NCBI GenBank assembly: GCA_030044295.1
Contig: JASHWB010000242.1
Span: 1 to 28,758, forward strand
From: Candidatus Acidiferrales bacterium
GTDB taxonomy: Bacteria; Acidobacteriota; Terriglobia; Acidiferrales; UBA7541
Length of the DNA stretch: 28,758 nt
Reading direction: 5' to 3'
Shown: in pieces, positions 1 through 8,721 of the stretch
Numbering within the stretch: position 1 is the stretch's first letter
How the letters are laid out: every line of letters starts with the position of its first letter
Translations under genes and position numbers: made by a program
The notes under the pieces: model-generated
Told to the model about the DNA's origin: nothing
The model's database searches: none
Seen by the model: only the letters and a program-made list of their open reading frames with translations

Positions 1-580
1 GCACAGTCTCTTGCTGCGAATCCTCCTGTTTGATATGGAGCATCAGGGCGGCGAATGCCTGGCTATCCGCGCGACGCGTTTCCGCTGATACAGTTGAGAG
101 AATCTCGAGTGGGGTTCCGTCGATCGACTTGGCTCGAGGAAAGCGATTGGGATCTGATTTCACCCATGACGGCGCGTAGTTGGAAAAGCCATTCTTCCAG
201 CTTCCGAACCAGAGCAATACCAGATGCATCTGGTGTTGCCGCGCCGTTTCGATCCAATGGTCGAGGAGCGCAAACTCGAAGCTACCCTCTTGGGGCTCCA
301 CATCCTCCCAGCTAACGGGCATAAGGATGGTATTGAAGTGCATCGCGGCGAGCTTTGGAACGATGGCGTCAGCCTGCGCAGCGGTTTCCGCGGAGGAGTT
401 GCCGAGCTCGCCGCCGAGGATCAGAAACGGGCGTCCGTTCACGATCAGCTGCCCGGCCCCGTTTTCAAACCGCACGTGCGGCAAATCGACCGCGGATAGA
501 CAGGACGGCACAAGAACGAAAGCGGCGATAACGGCTAGAGAGGTAGCCGCGAGCCAGAGGCTACGCACTGCATTTTTCAA
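1..580 (-). CDS. Secreted GH35/GH-A clan beta-galactosidase-like glycoside hydrolase (DUF5597-associated type), 5' part; truncated by the left window edge
   Basis: Not in the ORF track; translated by hand from TTG at 580 (GGGGG RBS 5 nt upstream): MKNAVRSLWLAATSLAVIAAFVLVPSCLSA (signal-like) VDLPHVRFENGAGQLIVNGRPFLILGGELGNSS...VSWEDVEPQEGSFEF...LVLLWFGSWKNGFSNYAPSWVKSDPNRFPRA...EILS. The frame is open to position 2. GGELGNSS, WExxEPxEG and LLWFGSWKN are characteristic of this family. Confidence 0.85.
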   Translation of the reverse strand, partial: MKNAVRSLWLAATSLAVIAAFVLVPSCLSAVDLPHVRFENGAGQLIVNGRPFLILGGELGNSSAETAAQADAIVPKLAAMHFNTILMPVSWEDVEPQEGSFEFALLDHWIETARQHQMHLVLLWFGSWKNGFSNYAPSWVKSDPNRFPRAKSIDGTPLEILSTVSAETRRADSQAFAALMLHIKQEDSQQETV

Positions 581-802
581 AGTTTCCCCCGGGCGGGATT
601 ATTCCCGAAATTCGCTTATTTAGGAACACGAATCCATGGAATTCCGGGCGGGGACTCTGATTCGTCCAATTTCACGAACGCTGTTGAAGTTTGAGGCTTT
701 GGCGGATAGGATTTCACAGCCAATGAAGGCTGGCTACGATATGCGAAGCGCGGGTCGCGCCCCCGTCGGTAAGAATTAAAGACGCGCCCGGAGGAGATTC
801 CC

Positions 803-1261
803 ATGAAGAAAATATGCACAGCTGTAGTTGCAGTAGCCGCCGCGCTGCTTCTCGTGAGCGCCGCACACGCGCAAGTGTCGCTGAATGCGGCACGAATCGG
901 GGCGCAGGATCAGGAGGCGCTGGCGAAATTTTACGAGGCCGCGTTCGGAATGCAGGAGGTGAATCGCATTGGCGCGCCTGGAGGAGCGGAGATTTTCTTG
1001 AACTTCGGCGCCACGGTCGATGAAGCCAAGGCCAATAAGAGCGTGCCGATCGTGATCATGCATCGCGCGTCGAATGACTTGAAGGATCCCGTTCCACACC
1101 TGGTCCTCACTGTGAAGGATATGGCGAAAACCGTTGCCGCAATCAAGTCAGCTGGAGGTTCGATGGAAGGCGAACCTCGCGCGTTCGGCAATACCGGCAT
1201 CATGATCGGCATCGCGGTTGATTCGGCTGGTAATCGCCTGGAAATGATTCAGCGCCCGTAA
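803..1261 (+). CDS. VOC (glyoxalase/bleomycin-resistance fold) protein with N-terminal Sec signal peptide
   Basis: GGAGGAG RBS before the ATG. Signal peptide MKKICTAVVAVAAALLLVSAAHA|Q. VOC motifs LAKFYEAAFGM, PHLVLTVKDM and DSAGNRLEMIQ. Confidence 0.85.
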   Translation: MKKICTAVVAVAAALLLVSAAHAQVSLNAARIGAQDQEALAKFYEAAFGMQEVNRIGAPGGAEIFLNFGATVDEAKANKSVPIVIMHRASNDLKDPVPHLVLTVKDMAKTVAAIKSAGGSMEGEPRAFGNTGIMIGIAVDSAGNRLEMIQRP

Positions 1262-1301
1262 AATCGGCCGTATATTTTAGTTTTCCCTTGGAACGCGGGC
1301 T

Positions 1302-2969
1302 CTACGGACGGCCTGACTTGGGCCGAAACGTCACGTTAACTGCTGAAGTCCAGTTCGTTTGTGCCGACGACGCGAGAATCGGCGCAAACCATCGTTCGTA
1401 CTGGACTGAGGTGGTGATACTCATCTCATCGGTCAACCGCCACTTGAACTGTGCGGACATGTCGTTCACTGATTCGCCGTTTGGAATGAAGTCTTTTGAG
1501 ACGGTCACGTGCCGATAGCCAAGTTGGATGCTATCTTTCGCGCCAGCCCAGTACGTCAACCATGATTGAAATCCAGTTCCTTCCCGCCCTATCCAACTTC
1601 CAATGAGATTTCCCTTATTCGTGTACAGGTCATGGTAGAAGCTGTCGAAGTAGACGTAGTGTCCGCCGACCTCGCCGTTTGGCGCGTCGGTATAGACGGC
1701 CTCCGCGCGCAGGTCTATTTTGGGTAGGCCGGGGAGCCGCGCCATATAGAATCCAGTGCTGAGAGCCGCACGTGAGGGGTTCGCGAGCGGCGAAGGATCG
1801 TCATCTGAAAGAGAATCGCCGTACACTGTCAACCAGTCGCGAAGGAATGGAACACGATAGGAGGCATCAAAGCCGCCAGTGCGCTTTCCGGGATTCTGAT
1901 TAGGCGGCTCGCCAGCGCCAGACGTAAACATCGTGTAGCTGCGGAACAGCGAAAGGAACGTGAGCGGACGCCCAACGCCGCTGAATTCAGAAGTTCGACT
2001 AAATCCCAGCTCGAGATTCGGGGTCGGTTTGAATGTAATTTTCTCGCCGTGAACTAGGGGCCTCGGCGGAAATCCATTCCCCGAAAGCTTGCCGAAAAAA
2101 GCATCGATCTTTGCCGGTCCGAGGCGGTGGAGCAGCCACGGCAACTCGAATGGGACAGTACGGCTGGCTCGGAACATATATATTGGTTCAGCGTTATCGC
2201 TAACCAAGAGCGCACCACCGTCGTCCGGCGCCCACCATAGACTCTGTTTTCCAAACGACAACTGCCATCCAGCAAGGTTCAAGCCGACGTACGTATCGAG
2301 CAGCCGGAATTCGTTGGCGCTTGGGACTGGTGCGGGCGGCTGAAGAGGATCGTCGTCAATTGCAGCCATGAACTGGCGCAATGAGAGCGGATAGGCTGCC
2401 GCAGATGGAGCGTGTTGAAACTCCTCGCGCGTGTAAATTACGAATCTCCCGGCTGTGAGGTAGGCGGAGAAGCCGTCGAAGCTATTGAAGCCTTCCTGAT
2501 AGGGCCGGCCGAAATCATTGATGATCGTCTGCCCAAAATGATAACTGTCGTTCAATGGCTGGCCGCTTATGGCAGTCACGTCTGTGTAAATCGACTCGAT
2601 TTGCGGCGAAACTCTTGGAGATCCGGCAATCTCCGGCTGAAACTCTGCGAGTAACGCGGAGTAAAGTTGCCGAACTTCGAGAGGCGAATCGCCAGAAATG
2701 CTTTTGCCAGCTTCAGAAACGAAGCCGGCGCACTCGACGCGCGTCCATGGCCGTTGTCCGAGAAATGCGGTGTGAATGTAACCAAGAGCGGCCAAACGCT
2801 CAATCGACGGATAAATCCAGCTATCCAACTCGACGAATGGCGATCCCACACCGGATGCGGTCACTTCTTCGGGTGGATCTACGAGTCTGTTTCGCCCTTG
2901 CGAATACGCGTTCGAGGCGCTCGAGAGAAGGCAGGCAAGCAGGAGTAGAGCTATTTCACAGCTATTCAA
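1302..2969 (-). CDS. wzi: Capsule assembly Wzi-family outer-membrane beta-barrel protein
   Basis: 555 aa with a signal peptide. Motifs WIYPSIERLAALGYI...RPWTRVEC, LSFGKQSLWWAP, SDNAEPIYMFR and GEKITFKPTPNLELGFSR; alternating C-terminal beta-strands. Last gene of a polysaccharide cluster; its TTG start overlaps the upstream stop by 8 nt. Confidence 0.85.
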   Translation of the reverse strand: MNSCEIALLLLACLLSSASNAYSQGRNRLVDPPEEVTASGVGSPFVELDSWIYPSIERLAALGYIHTAFLGQRPWTRVECAGFVSEAGKSISGDSPLEVRQLYSALLAEFQPEIAGSPRVSPQIESIYTDVTAISGQPLNDSYHFGQTIINDFGRPYQEGFNSFDGFSAYLTAGRFVIYTREEFQHAPSAAAYPLSLRQFMAAIDDDPLQPPAPVPSANEFRLLDTYVGLNLAGWQLSFGKQSLWWAPDDGGALLVSDNAEPIYMFRASRTVPFELPWLLHRLGPAKIDAFFGKLSGNGFPPRPLVHGEKITFKPTPNLELGFSRTSEFSGVGRPLTFLSLFRSYTMFTSGAGEPPNQNPGKRTGGFDASYRVPFLRDWLTVYGDSLSDDDPSPLANPSRAALSTGFYMARLPGLPKIDLRAEAVYTDAPNGEVGGHYVYFDSFYHDLYTNKGNLIGSWIGREGTGFQSWLTYWAGAKDSIQLGYRHVTVSKDFIPNGESVNDMSAQFKWRLTDEMSITTSVQYERWFAPILASSAQTNWTSAVNVTFRPKSGRP

Positions 2970-3726
2970 CCGATTCGATCTCCAGCGACATGGCTATTCC
3001 GTCCTGCTCAGCGATCCTAACCGGAAGGCGAAGCGAAATTTGACGCGTTGTTCTGAGTCGCCGCAACGGGCTCGGAGCGATACATGAGGCGGCGGTTTTC
3101 CAGATGACGATCACATCGGAAAAGAAGGATGCTCTATGCATGTACCAACGATCGAGTCTAGCTTTCAGGGGTTTGACCTCGGCGTCGTAAAATGCACTGA
3201 GCTCGTGCGCGGGAACGTTTCCAAGCAACTCTTCTTCGTGCCGAAAGGCCAGTGTCGCCAATCCCGTAATGCCTGGGCGATACTGCCAATCGCTTGCGAC
3301 GGAATATTCCGGCGATTTCGGACGCGGACCAACCAAGCTCATATCGCCACGCAAGACGTTGTAGAACTGCGGTATCTCATCGAATTTCAATTTGCGAAGA
3401 ATCTTGCCAACTTTTGTCAGGCGGACATCGCCATCGCGGGTGAGTCCAACGCCCCCGCTATTCGCCAGCATTGTGCGGAACTTGTAAAGCGTGAACAGTT
3501 CGCCGTTAAGACCTACACGCCGCTGGCAAAACAGCGCCGGGCCCTTCGACGTCATCTTCACTAGGGCGCATACGATCGCGCCCATCACGATAGTTACGGA
3601 AAGCAGAGCGGCAGACACCATCATGTCGAACGCGCGTTTCTGCAAAGACTTACTCCAGTAATGTGTTCGCACGGGTCCTTCCATCTGCAAAGAGCTGCTT
3701 TTGCTCGTTCTCCGGGGAACGTACAT
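2962..3726 (-). CDS. Priming phosphoglycosyltransferase (bacterial sugar transferase domain only; small WcaJ/PglC-like type)
   Basis: KRAFDMMVS, LFCQRRVGLNGELFTLYKFRTM, RLTKVGKILRKLKFDEIPQFYNVLRGDMSLVGPRP and RPGITGLA are hallmark Bac_transf motifs. Alternative start ATG at 3684. Confidence 0.92.
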   Translation of the reverse strand: MYVPRRTSKSSSLQMEGPVRTHYWSKSLQKRAFDMMVSAALLSVTIVMGAIVCALVKMTSKGPALFCQRRVGLNGELFTLYKFRTMLANSGGVGLTRDGDVRLTKVGKILRKLKFDEIPQFYNVLRGDMSLVGPRPKSPEYSVASDWQYRPGITGLATLAFRHEEELLGNVPAHELSAFYDAEVKPLKARLDRWYMHRASFFSDVIVIWKTAASCIAPSPLRRLRTTRQISLRLPVRIAEQDGIAMSLEIESVE

Positions 3727-3926
3727 TGCTCGAATAACCGCTCAAGAAAACGCACCCAAAGACGTCCTCGCGGAATTAGGGCCGAAATCCCCCGGACAAC
3801 GCTCCAGTGAACGCAGCCGGGCTGTGAGAGATCGTTCTCGACTAGTAACGTTCCGAAACGCAAACGAAGTCTCGGCACGTCTTCGCTTGGCATTGCACAT
3901 TCGACTCCAAACGCTTTCTTCGCAAA

Positions 3927-3956
3927 ATTAGAGAGAACTGCTGAAAATGTGTGCAA
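3927..3956 (-). promoter_or_regulatory. Putative sigma70-type promoter for the priming transferase-wzi unit
   Basis: The minus strand reads TTGCAC (3956-3951), N18, TCTAAT (3932-3927), inside the 352-bp gap of the cluster. Motif match only. Confidence 0.35.
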
Positions 3957-4012
3957 AACGGAGGGTTACTGCGCGCTCAAGACGCTCTATGCTCGGTGAG
4001 AAAATTGAAGGT

Positions 4013-4046
4013 TCCCGAATCGGACCTGCATTGTGCCGAGTCGGGA
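4013..4046 (-). terminator. Putative hairpin/terminator downstream of the export gene
   Basis: Minus strand TCCCGACTCGG-N12-CCGATTCGGGA (11-bp stem, one mismatch), followed by ACCTTCAATTTT, about 30 nt after the stop at 4079. Confidence 0.35.
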
Positions 4047-4078
4047 TGGGGCGAAAGGACGGAAACCGAACGGAGGGT

Positions 4079-6517
4079 TTAGTGCACCGCGATTACGGCT
4101 GCACCAACCGCAGCTTGTGATGCGACGGTAGCCCAGTCCCTGATGGCCTTCGCGGTACCGCCAACCTGAAGCTTCGGTGGAATAACGATTACGTCGCCAG
4201 GCAGCACGTCAAGTGATTTCACGCTCCTGCTCCACCAGCCGTATTCGCGGACGGATCCGCTCAAAACCGATCCGTTCGCGCGGACAAGGAACACGTGCTT
4301 CATGTCGGCATTTCGATCGCCATTGCCCGACTGTTGCAGGTAATAATCAACCGTTGCATTTCTGCGGTACACGAAAGAGCTTTGATTGAATACAGATCCG
4401 ACCACGCTGACAACTTGGCTTTTGGGTGGAATGAAGAGTCGATCCCCATCCTCAAGAATGATCGGCGGGATCATCGCTGGCGAATCATCTGTTGGCCTCA
4501 ATGCCAGTACCACGCGACCGGTAGCCTTCGCCGTTTGCAAATCGCGGACCAAGGCTTCCCGGGCTTGTGATTGAGCGGCGAGCGACGCAGCCTCATCGGG
4601 ATTCGATCGGGCATTCGCGATGGATTGCTCTCGAACTTGCTCCTCCAATTCTCTAGCTGTCCTGTCGAGGGCCGCTTGTTGATCGGTCCGAGCCGATTCG
4701 CGGCTGAACTGTGCTCCATACAAATACGCGTTTGGAGTGAGGCCGCCGGCCATCTTCAAGAGATCGCGCAGCGTCTGACCATGCTGTACGCGATAAACGC
4801 CAGGTGCGTTTACCTCACCCTCGATGCGTACGAAAAGCGTTTGCTTTGCCTGCGATACAGCCATGTCTCTTTGCGAGAAGATCGTTACGACGTCATCCGG
4901 TTCAAGGGAAAGATTGGCATCTGGATCGTGCTCCAGCACGGCTTTCCGCAGCGAGAACGGGATCAAGTGAGTGGACAAATCGACCGGGTCGAGGCGCTGG
5001 ATCACGGCGTAATCCCAGTTAATTTCGGGCGCCCCCAGCTTTACTTCCGTGCGTAAGCGGGAACCAGTTATCCCGGTCTGTGCGGTCGGAGTCCCTTCTT
5101 GCTGTAATGCCAAAGGCTTCGCTTGTTCCGGTGTTGCATCATTGACCGCCGAATTGGCGAGACCGGGTTCTGTCCCAGGTTCCTTCACCAGTCGGTTTTC
5201 AGCTTGCCAGTAGCTTCTCGTTAGGAGCATCTGCTTGTCAGGGATGAGGTCGCAAATTTTCATCCCCGGGTGCCACGGGTACCTGCCTGGATTCGCCACA
5301 TTGCCACGAAGCGTAACTGCGTTGTCGAACTTTGGAACTATAGGGAGCGCGTCAACCACGTCGCCCCCTTTAACTCGCTCAGTTTCGGCATCTTTGAATG
5401 AATACTCCGTGACGCTGCGGACCTCATGGTTATCGATTCGCTCGACCGTTAACCTGGTCGCATCGGCGACTTCGTTCAATCCGCCCGCTAAGGAAATGGC
5501 GTCGGCCAGCGAGGCCGTATCGCCTCTAAGCTCATAGATGGCTGGCACGTTGACACTGCCGGCGATCGCCACCTGTGCGCCGACCCTCGGAATGTAAATG
5601 ACATCGCCTGGCAGCAATTGCACGTCATTCGACTTGTCTCCCTTCAACAAAAGGTCGTACATATCGAAGTCACTGATCACCTTGCCGTTGCGTTCAACTT
5701 CGATATGTCGCATGGACCCGGCGGATGATGGCCCGCCCGTGGCAAATACAGCGTTCACGAGGGTGCTGAGCGAACTGATCGTGTAACGGCCCGGAGCGCG
5801 TGCGTCTCCGGTGACGTAGATATCGATCGCCCGCAGTTTGCCGAGCGTCACGGTAATATCAAAGTTGCGGTAGATCCGCGCGATTCGCTGACGAAGAAAT
5901 CCACTGAGATCACCATACTGAACACCGGCGACCGTGATGCTCCCTAGCTTCGGAATGTAAATTGCGCCATCACGGTCAACGGAAGCGTGTAGCTCCACAT
6001 TGACTTGCCCCCAAATCTGGATGTACAGCTCATCGCCCGGCCCGATTACGTAAGTTGCGGGCACTGGCACATTCAACAGCGGCGCAAAAGTGCTCGGTGA
6101 TTTCCGAAACAAGCTGCTGCCGTAGATCGGCAACATTCGGCCAACCGAATCGGCCACCATCAGCTGAAATTCCGTAGGCGGCTGAGATGGGGCGCTCTGC
6201 CGAGATCCAACGTTGCTCGGTTGTTCGGCCGCCGGACTCGGGCCGGTACTGATTGAAGGCGGAGGATTCATGCTATTGGGGAGCGCTGTCTGCTGAACCG
6301 AGAGGGCGGAGGCATTTCTGAGCGATTGATCGCATCCCGGCGTATTTGGATTGGCCGCGCACTGTTCGGCTGTAGGAACTATCGGCGCCTGCTGGGGAGC
6401 TGGGTATTGCAATTGGGTTTGTCCGGTGCTGGTGACCTGCGCGCACAAGAAACGTGGCGTAAGGGCGACAATGAACAGCAGCGTCCCGGTTCCGATCACT
6501 TTACGCGGTGCTCTCAT
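4079..6517 (-). CDS. wza: Polysaccharide export (OPX) protein: Poly_export domain plus multiple SLBB domains; large KpsD/OtnA-like type
   Basis: 812 aa with signal peptide. YVIGPGDELYIQIWG...VDRDGAIYIPKLGSITVAG (Poly_export). Repeated SLBB units: IYVTGDARAPGRY, VAIAGSVNVPAIYEL, VTLRGNVANPGRY, VRIEGEVNAPGVY, VSVVGSVFNQ. C-terminal amphipathic helix. Confidence 0.9.
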   Translation of the reverse strand: MRAPRKVIGTGTLLFIVALTPRFLCAQVTSTGQTQLQYPAPQQAPIVPTAEQCAANPNTPGCDQSLRNASALSVQQTALPNSMNPPPSISTGPSPAAEQPSNVGSRQSAPSQPPTEFQLMVADSVGRMLPIYGSSLFRKSPSTFAPLLNVPVPATYVIGPGDELYIQIWGQVNVELHASVDRDGAIYIPKLGSITVAGVQYGDLSGFLRQRIARIYRNFDITVTLGKLRAIDIYVTGDARAPGRYTISSLSTLVNAVFATGGPSSAGSMRHIEVERNGKVISDFDMYDLLLKGDKSNDVQLLPGDVIYIPRVGAQVAIAGSVNVPAIYELRGDTASLADAISLAGGLNEVADATRLTVERIDNHEVRSVTEYSFKDAETERVKGGDVVDALPIVPKFDNAVTLRGNVANPGRYPWHPGMKICDLIPDKQMLLTRSYWQAENRLVKEPGTEPGLANSAVNDATPEQAKPLALQQEGTPTAQTGITGSRLRTEVKLGAPEINWDYAVIQRLDPVDLSTHLIPFSLRKAVLEHDPDANLSLEPDDVVTIFSQRDMAVSQAKQTLFVRIEGEVNAPGVYRVQHGQTLRDLLKMAGGLTPNAYLYGAQFSRESARTDQQAALDRTARELEEQVREQSIANARSNPDEAASLAAQSQAREALVRDLQTAKATGRVVLALRPTDDSPAMIPPIILEDGDRLFIPPKSQVVSVVGSVFNQSSFVYRRNATVDYYLQQSGNGDRNADMKHVFLVRANGSVLSGSVREYGWWSRSVKSLDVLPGDVIVIPPKLQVGGTAKAIRDWATVASQAAVGAAVIAVH

Positions 6518-6552
6518 ATTTCATCCTTCCGAATTCGCGGTTCCGATCACTT
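6487..6552. repeat. 15-bp exact direct repeat CGGTTCCGATCACTT (6487-6501 and 6538-6552) across the wzx/wza junction
   Basis: Read directly from the sequence; period 51 bp. It encodes VIGT in both the Wzx C-terminus and the export-protein N-terminus. Confidence 0.8.
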
Positions 6553-7900
6553 CCGCCCCGTTGTCGATCTCCCAAGACTGAAATCTTCTAACTGCCAGCG
6601 CTACTCCGATGACTCCCGTGCAGAGGAGAAAGACGAACGCAAGCCCAGTGCTGCCCCATGCGCCCACCACCGCAAACGAAAACAGCAGAGTCAGTGCGGC
6701 GACGACGATCGATTGCACAAGGAATGGCTCGCGCTTAAACGACCGCAGATAGATCGCCATGGTTTGCACGGCGAAGCGCCCACACGCCGCAAGAATCAGC
6801 AATGCGAAAATCCACGGAGTCACCATTCGTTCGGCCAACCAGGGAAAGGCATAGTGCAGTCCGACTACGCCGGCCTCGCACGCCACCGACATTGCAGCCA
6901 GCACAGCCGAGGACTGACGGAATGTCCGGAAGAAATAGCTGCGCAACTCCGCGATGCGCCTGCCGCTCACCATCTGCCCAAAGGGAGCCGCTTTTGTTGA
7001 CGTCCACGACAGCGCGAGCGTGGAAAGATAACCGGTAATGCTTAGAGACAAGCCCATCTGTCCGGCCTCCACCGGCCCCCGAAACGCGAACAGCAAGGGC
7101 GTGAAAACCTGCATCGTGAAATACGCACACAGCCAGCTCACCGCAATTTGCCATTGAAACGACCAAATCTCACGCCGCCACGAGATACTGTGCTCCGCAG
7201 TCTTGTGGCGCACGAGCCCGAGCAGCAGCCGCCGTCGCGTCCAAACGAAAGCGGCCGCCACGCCCGCATATCCCAGCATCACGATCGCCGGAGCATATAA
7301 ACCATGGTGCGTTGCCAGAGAACTCCACGACGCAGCGATGACCGCTACCGATTGCCAGAACCTTGCGGCGGCCACCTCTCGCACCTGTCCACACCCCTCA
7401 AGGAACGAGAAGATCGGGTCCATCAGGAACATCGTGACGCATGCACACACCGCCACAACCCACGGACCAGTCCATGCGACATGCGTTCCGTGGTCGCGGA
7501 ACGAAAAGAAAACCATCCCGCCGGGCAGCAGCACGATCCACATCACCGCGGCGGCAGCCGCGTACCAGCGCAGCGTCTTCTGCAGAATCGATGCCAACCG
7601 GGCGTGCGCGACTGGGTCGCCATCAATCGTGCCGTCGGCGTGTAGTATCAAATGAATGCGTTCGTGCGCGGCCATTTGCAGCACTACGAACGAAAAGCCC
7701 AGCTCGAAAACCGCCTGCAGCGCCACCAAAGCGAAGATCGTGTAGTAGTAGCCCTGTTCCACCGGATTCAGGAAATGGATGATCAGCAGCACTGTGCCCA
7801 CGCTGCCCACCATATTGAACAGACGGGCAAGCACCGTGTAGGCGACGGCGCCATCGAGGCCGAGAAGATGTCTTACCTGCGCTATGCCGTTTTTGAGCAC
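6521..7900 (-). CDS. wzx: Wzx-type polysaccharide repeat-unit flippase
   Basis: 459 aa polytopic membrane protein. FLNPVEQGYYYTIFALVALQAVFELGFS and FTPLLFAFRGPVEAGQMGLSLS are typical of O-antigen flippases. Context between glycosyltransferases and the exporter. Confidence 0.8.
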   Translation of the reverse strand: MLKNGIAQVRHLLGLDGAVAYTVLARLFNMVGSVGTVLLIIHFLNPVEQGYYYTIFALVALQAVFELGFSFVVLQMAAHERIHLILHADGTIDGDPVAHARLASILQKTLRWYAAAAAVMWIVLLPGGMVFFSFRDHGTHVAWTGPWVVAVCACVTMFLMDPIFSFLEGCGQVREVAAARFWQSVAVIAASWSSLATHHGLYAPAIVMLGYAGVAAAFVWTRRRLLLGLVRHKTAEHSISWRREIWSFQWQIAVSWLCAYFTMQVFTPLLFAFRGPVEAGQMGLSLSITGYLSTLALSWTSTKAAPFGQMVSGRRIAELRSYFFRTFRQSSAVLAAMSVACEAGVVGLHYAFPWLAERMVTPWIFALLILAACGRFAVQTMAIYLRSFKREPFLVQSIVVAALTLLFSFAVVGAWGSTGLAFVFLLCTGVIGVALAVRRFQSWEIDNGAEVIGTANSEG

Positions 7901-8721
7901 GGAGACGTGGCTTCCTGCCGTAAGAATTTCCGATAAACGATTGGTCTTAGCAGCGCGGGCATGACCCGGACTGGGATCCTAACTAGAACGCTCAGCGCGA
8001 ACTCAGGTGCTGAGATGAACCCAATGTTTTGAAATTGGCGGTAAAGCCGAAGCTCGCTTCTTGCGTATGCGAGGCCGCCGCGCCTTTTCGCCATTCCACT
8101 CCCGCACCTCGCCAGAACCAAAATTTCAGGCAGATTTCGGATTTCCATTCCGCGAGCGAGCATCCGAACCCAGAGGTCATAATCCTCCAGGCCAGGAAAA
8201 TCGCGGTAGCCGCCGGCAGCCAGGACGGCCGATCTGCGGAAGATCACAGTCATATGGTTCAGCGGATTTCTGAATTTCGCGAAACGTCGGACGCGCGCGC
8301 TTTCGCAGGGTGGGCGTCGAATGGCCGCGATCGTGCCCGGATCATCGGTGAACTCGCCGATTGCCGTGCCCACAACGGCGACGTGCGGGTTAGATTCAAG
8401 GAATGCAAGTTGTCTTTCGAATCGCTGAGGCAGGCAAATGTCGTCCGAGTCCATTCGCGCTACGATTTCATTGCCGCAAGCTGAGAGACCGGCCCTCAGG
8501 GCAGGCCCGAGACCCCGGCGCTGCTCCAACTGCACAGTCGTGATCGGCAGGACATCGCCGTAAGACTCAAGCATTGACTCCAAATTCTTCTTAAGTGGAC
8601 CATCCTTGACGACGACGACCTGATCCGCCCGCAAATTTTGCGCAGCCAAGCTATCCAGCGACTGGCGCAGAAATTCAGGCTGCTCTCCGTCGTATATGGA
8701 CATAAGCACTGAATAATTCAT
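7882..8721 (-). CDS. GT2 glycosyltransferase, AmsE/WbbD-like
   Basis: MNYSVLMSIYDGEQPEFLRQSLDS, VVVKDGPL, GLGPALRAGL, VARMDSDDI (DxD), NPLNHMTV and EDYDLWVRM. Confidence 0.9.
   Translation of the reverse strand: MNYSVLMSIYDGEQPEFLRQSLDSLAAQNLRADQVVVVKDGPLKKNLESMLESYGDVLPITTVQLEQRRGLGPALRAGLSACGNEIVARMDSDDICLPQRFERQLAFLESNPHVAVVGTAIGEFTDDPGTIAAIRRPPCESARVRRFAKFRNPLNHMTVIFRRSAVLAAGGYRDFPGLEDYDLWVRMLARGMEIRNLPEILVLARCGSGMAKRRGGLAYARSELRLYRQFQNIGFISAPEFALSVLVRIPVRVMPALLRPIVYRKFLRQEATSPCSKTA

Noticed and set aside
55-623. Short ORFs listed at 55-315, 63-257, 180-623 and 224-499
   Set aside because: Shadows of the minus-strand GH35-like gene (1-580), whose translation has clear family motifs.
589-654. 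CGGGA-TTAT-TCCCG palindrome and repeated CCGGGCGGG in the divergent promoter region
   Set aside because: Short, GC-rich matches are expected by chance, and no cognate regulator is nearby.
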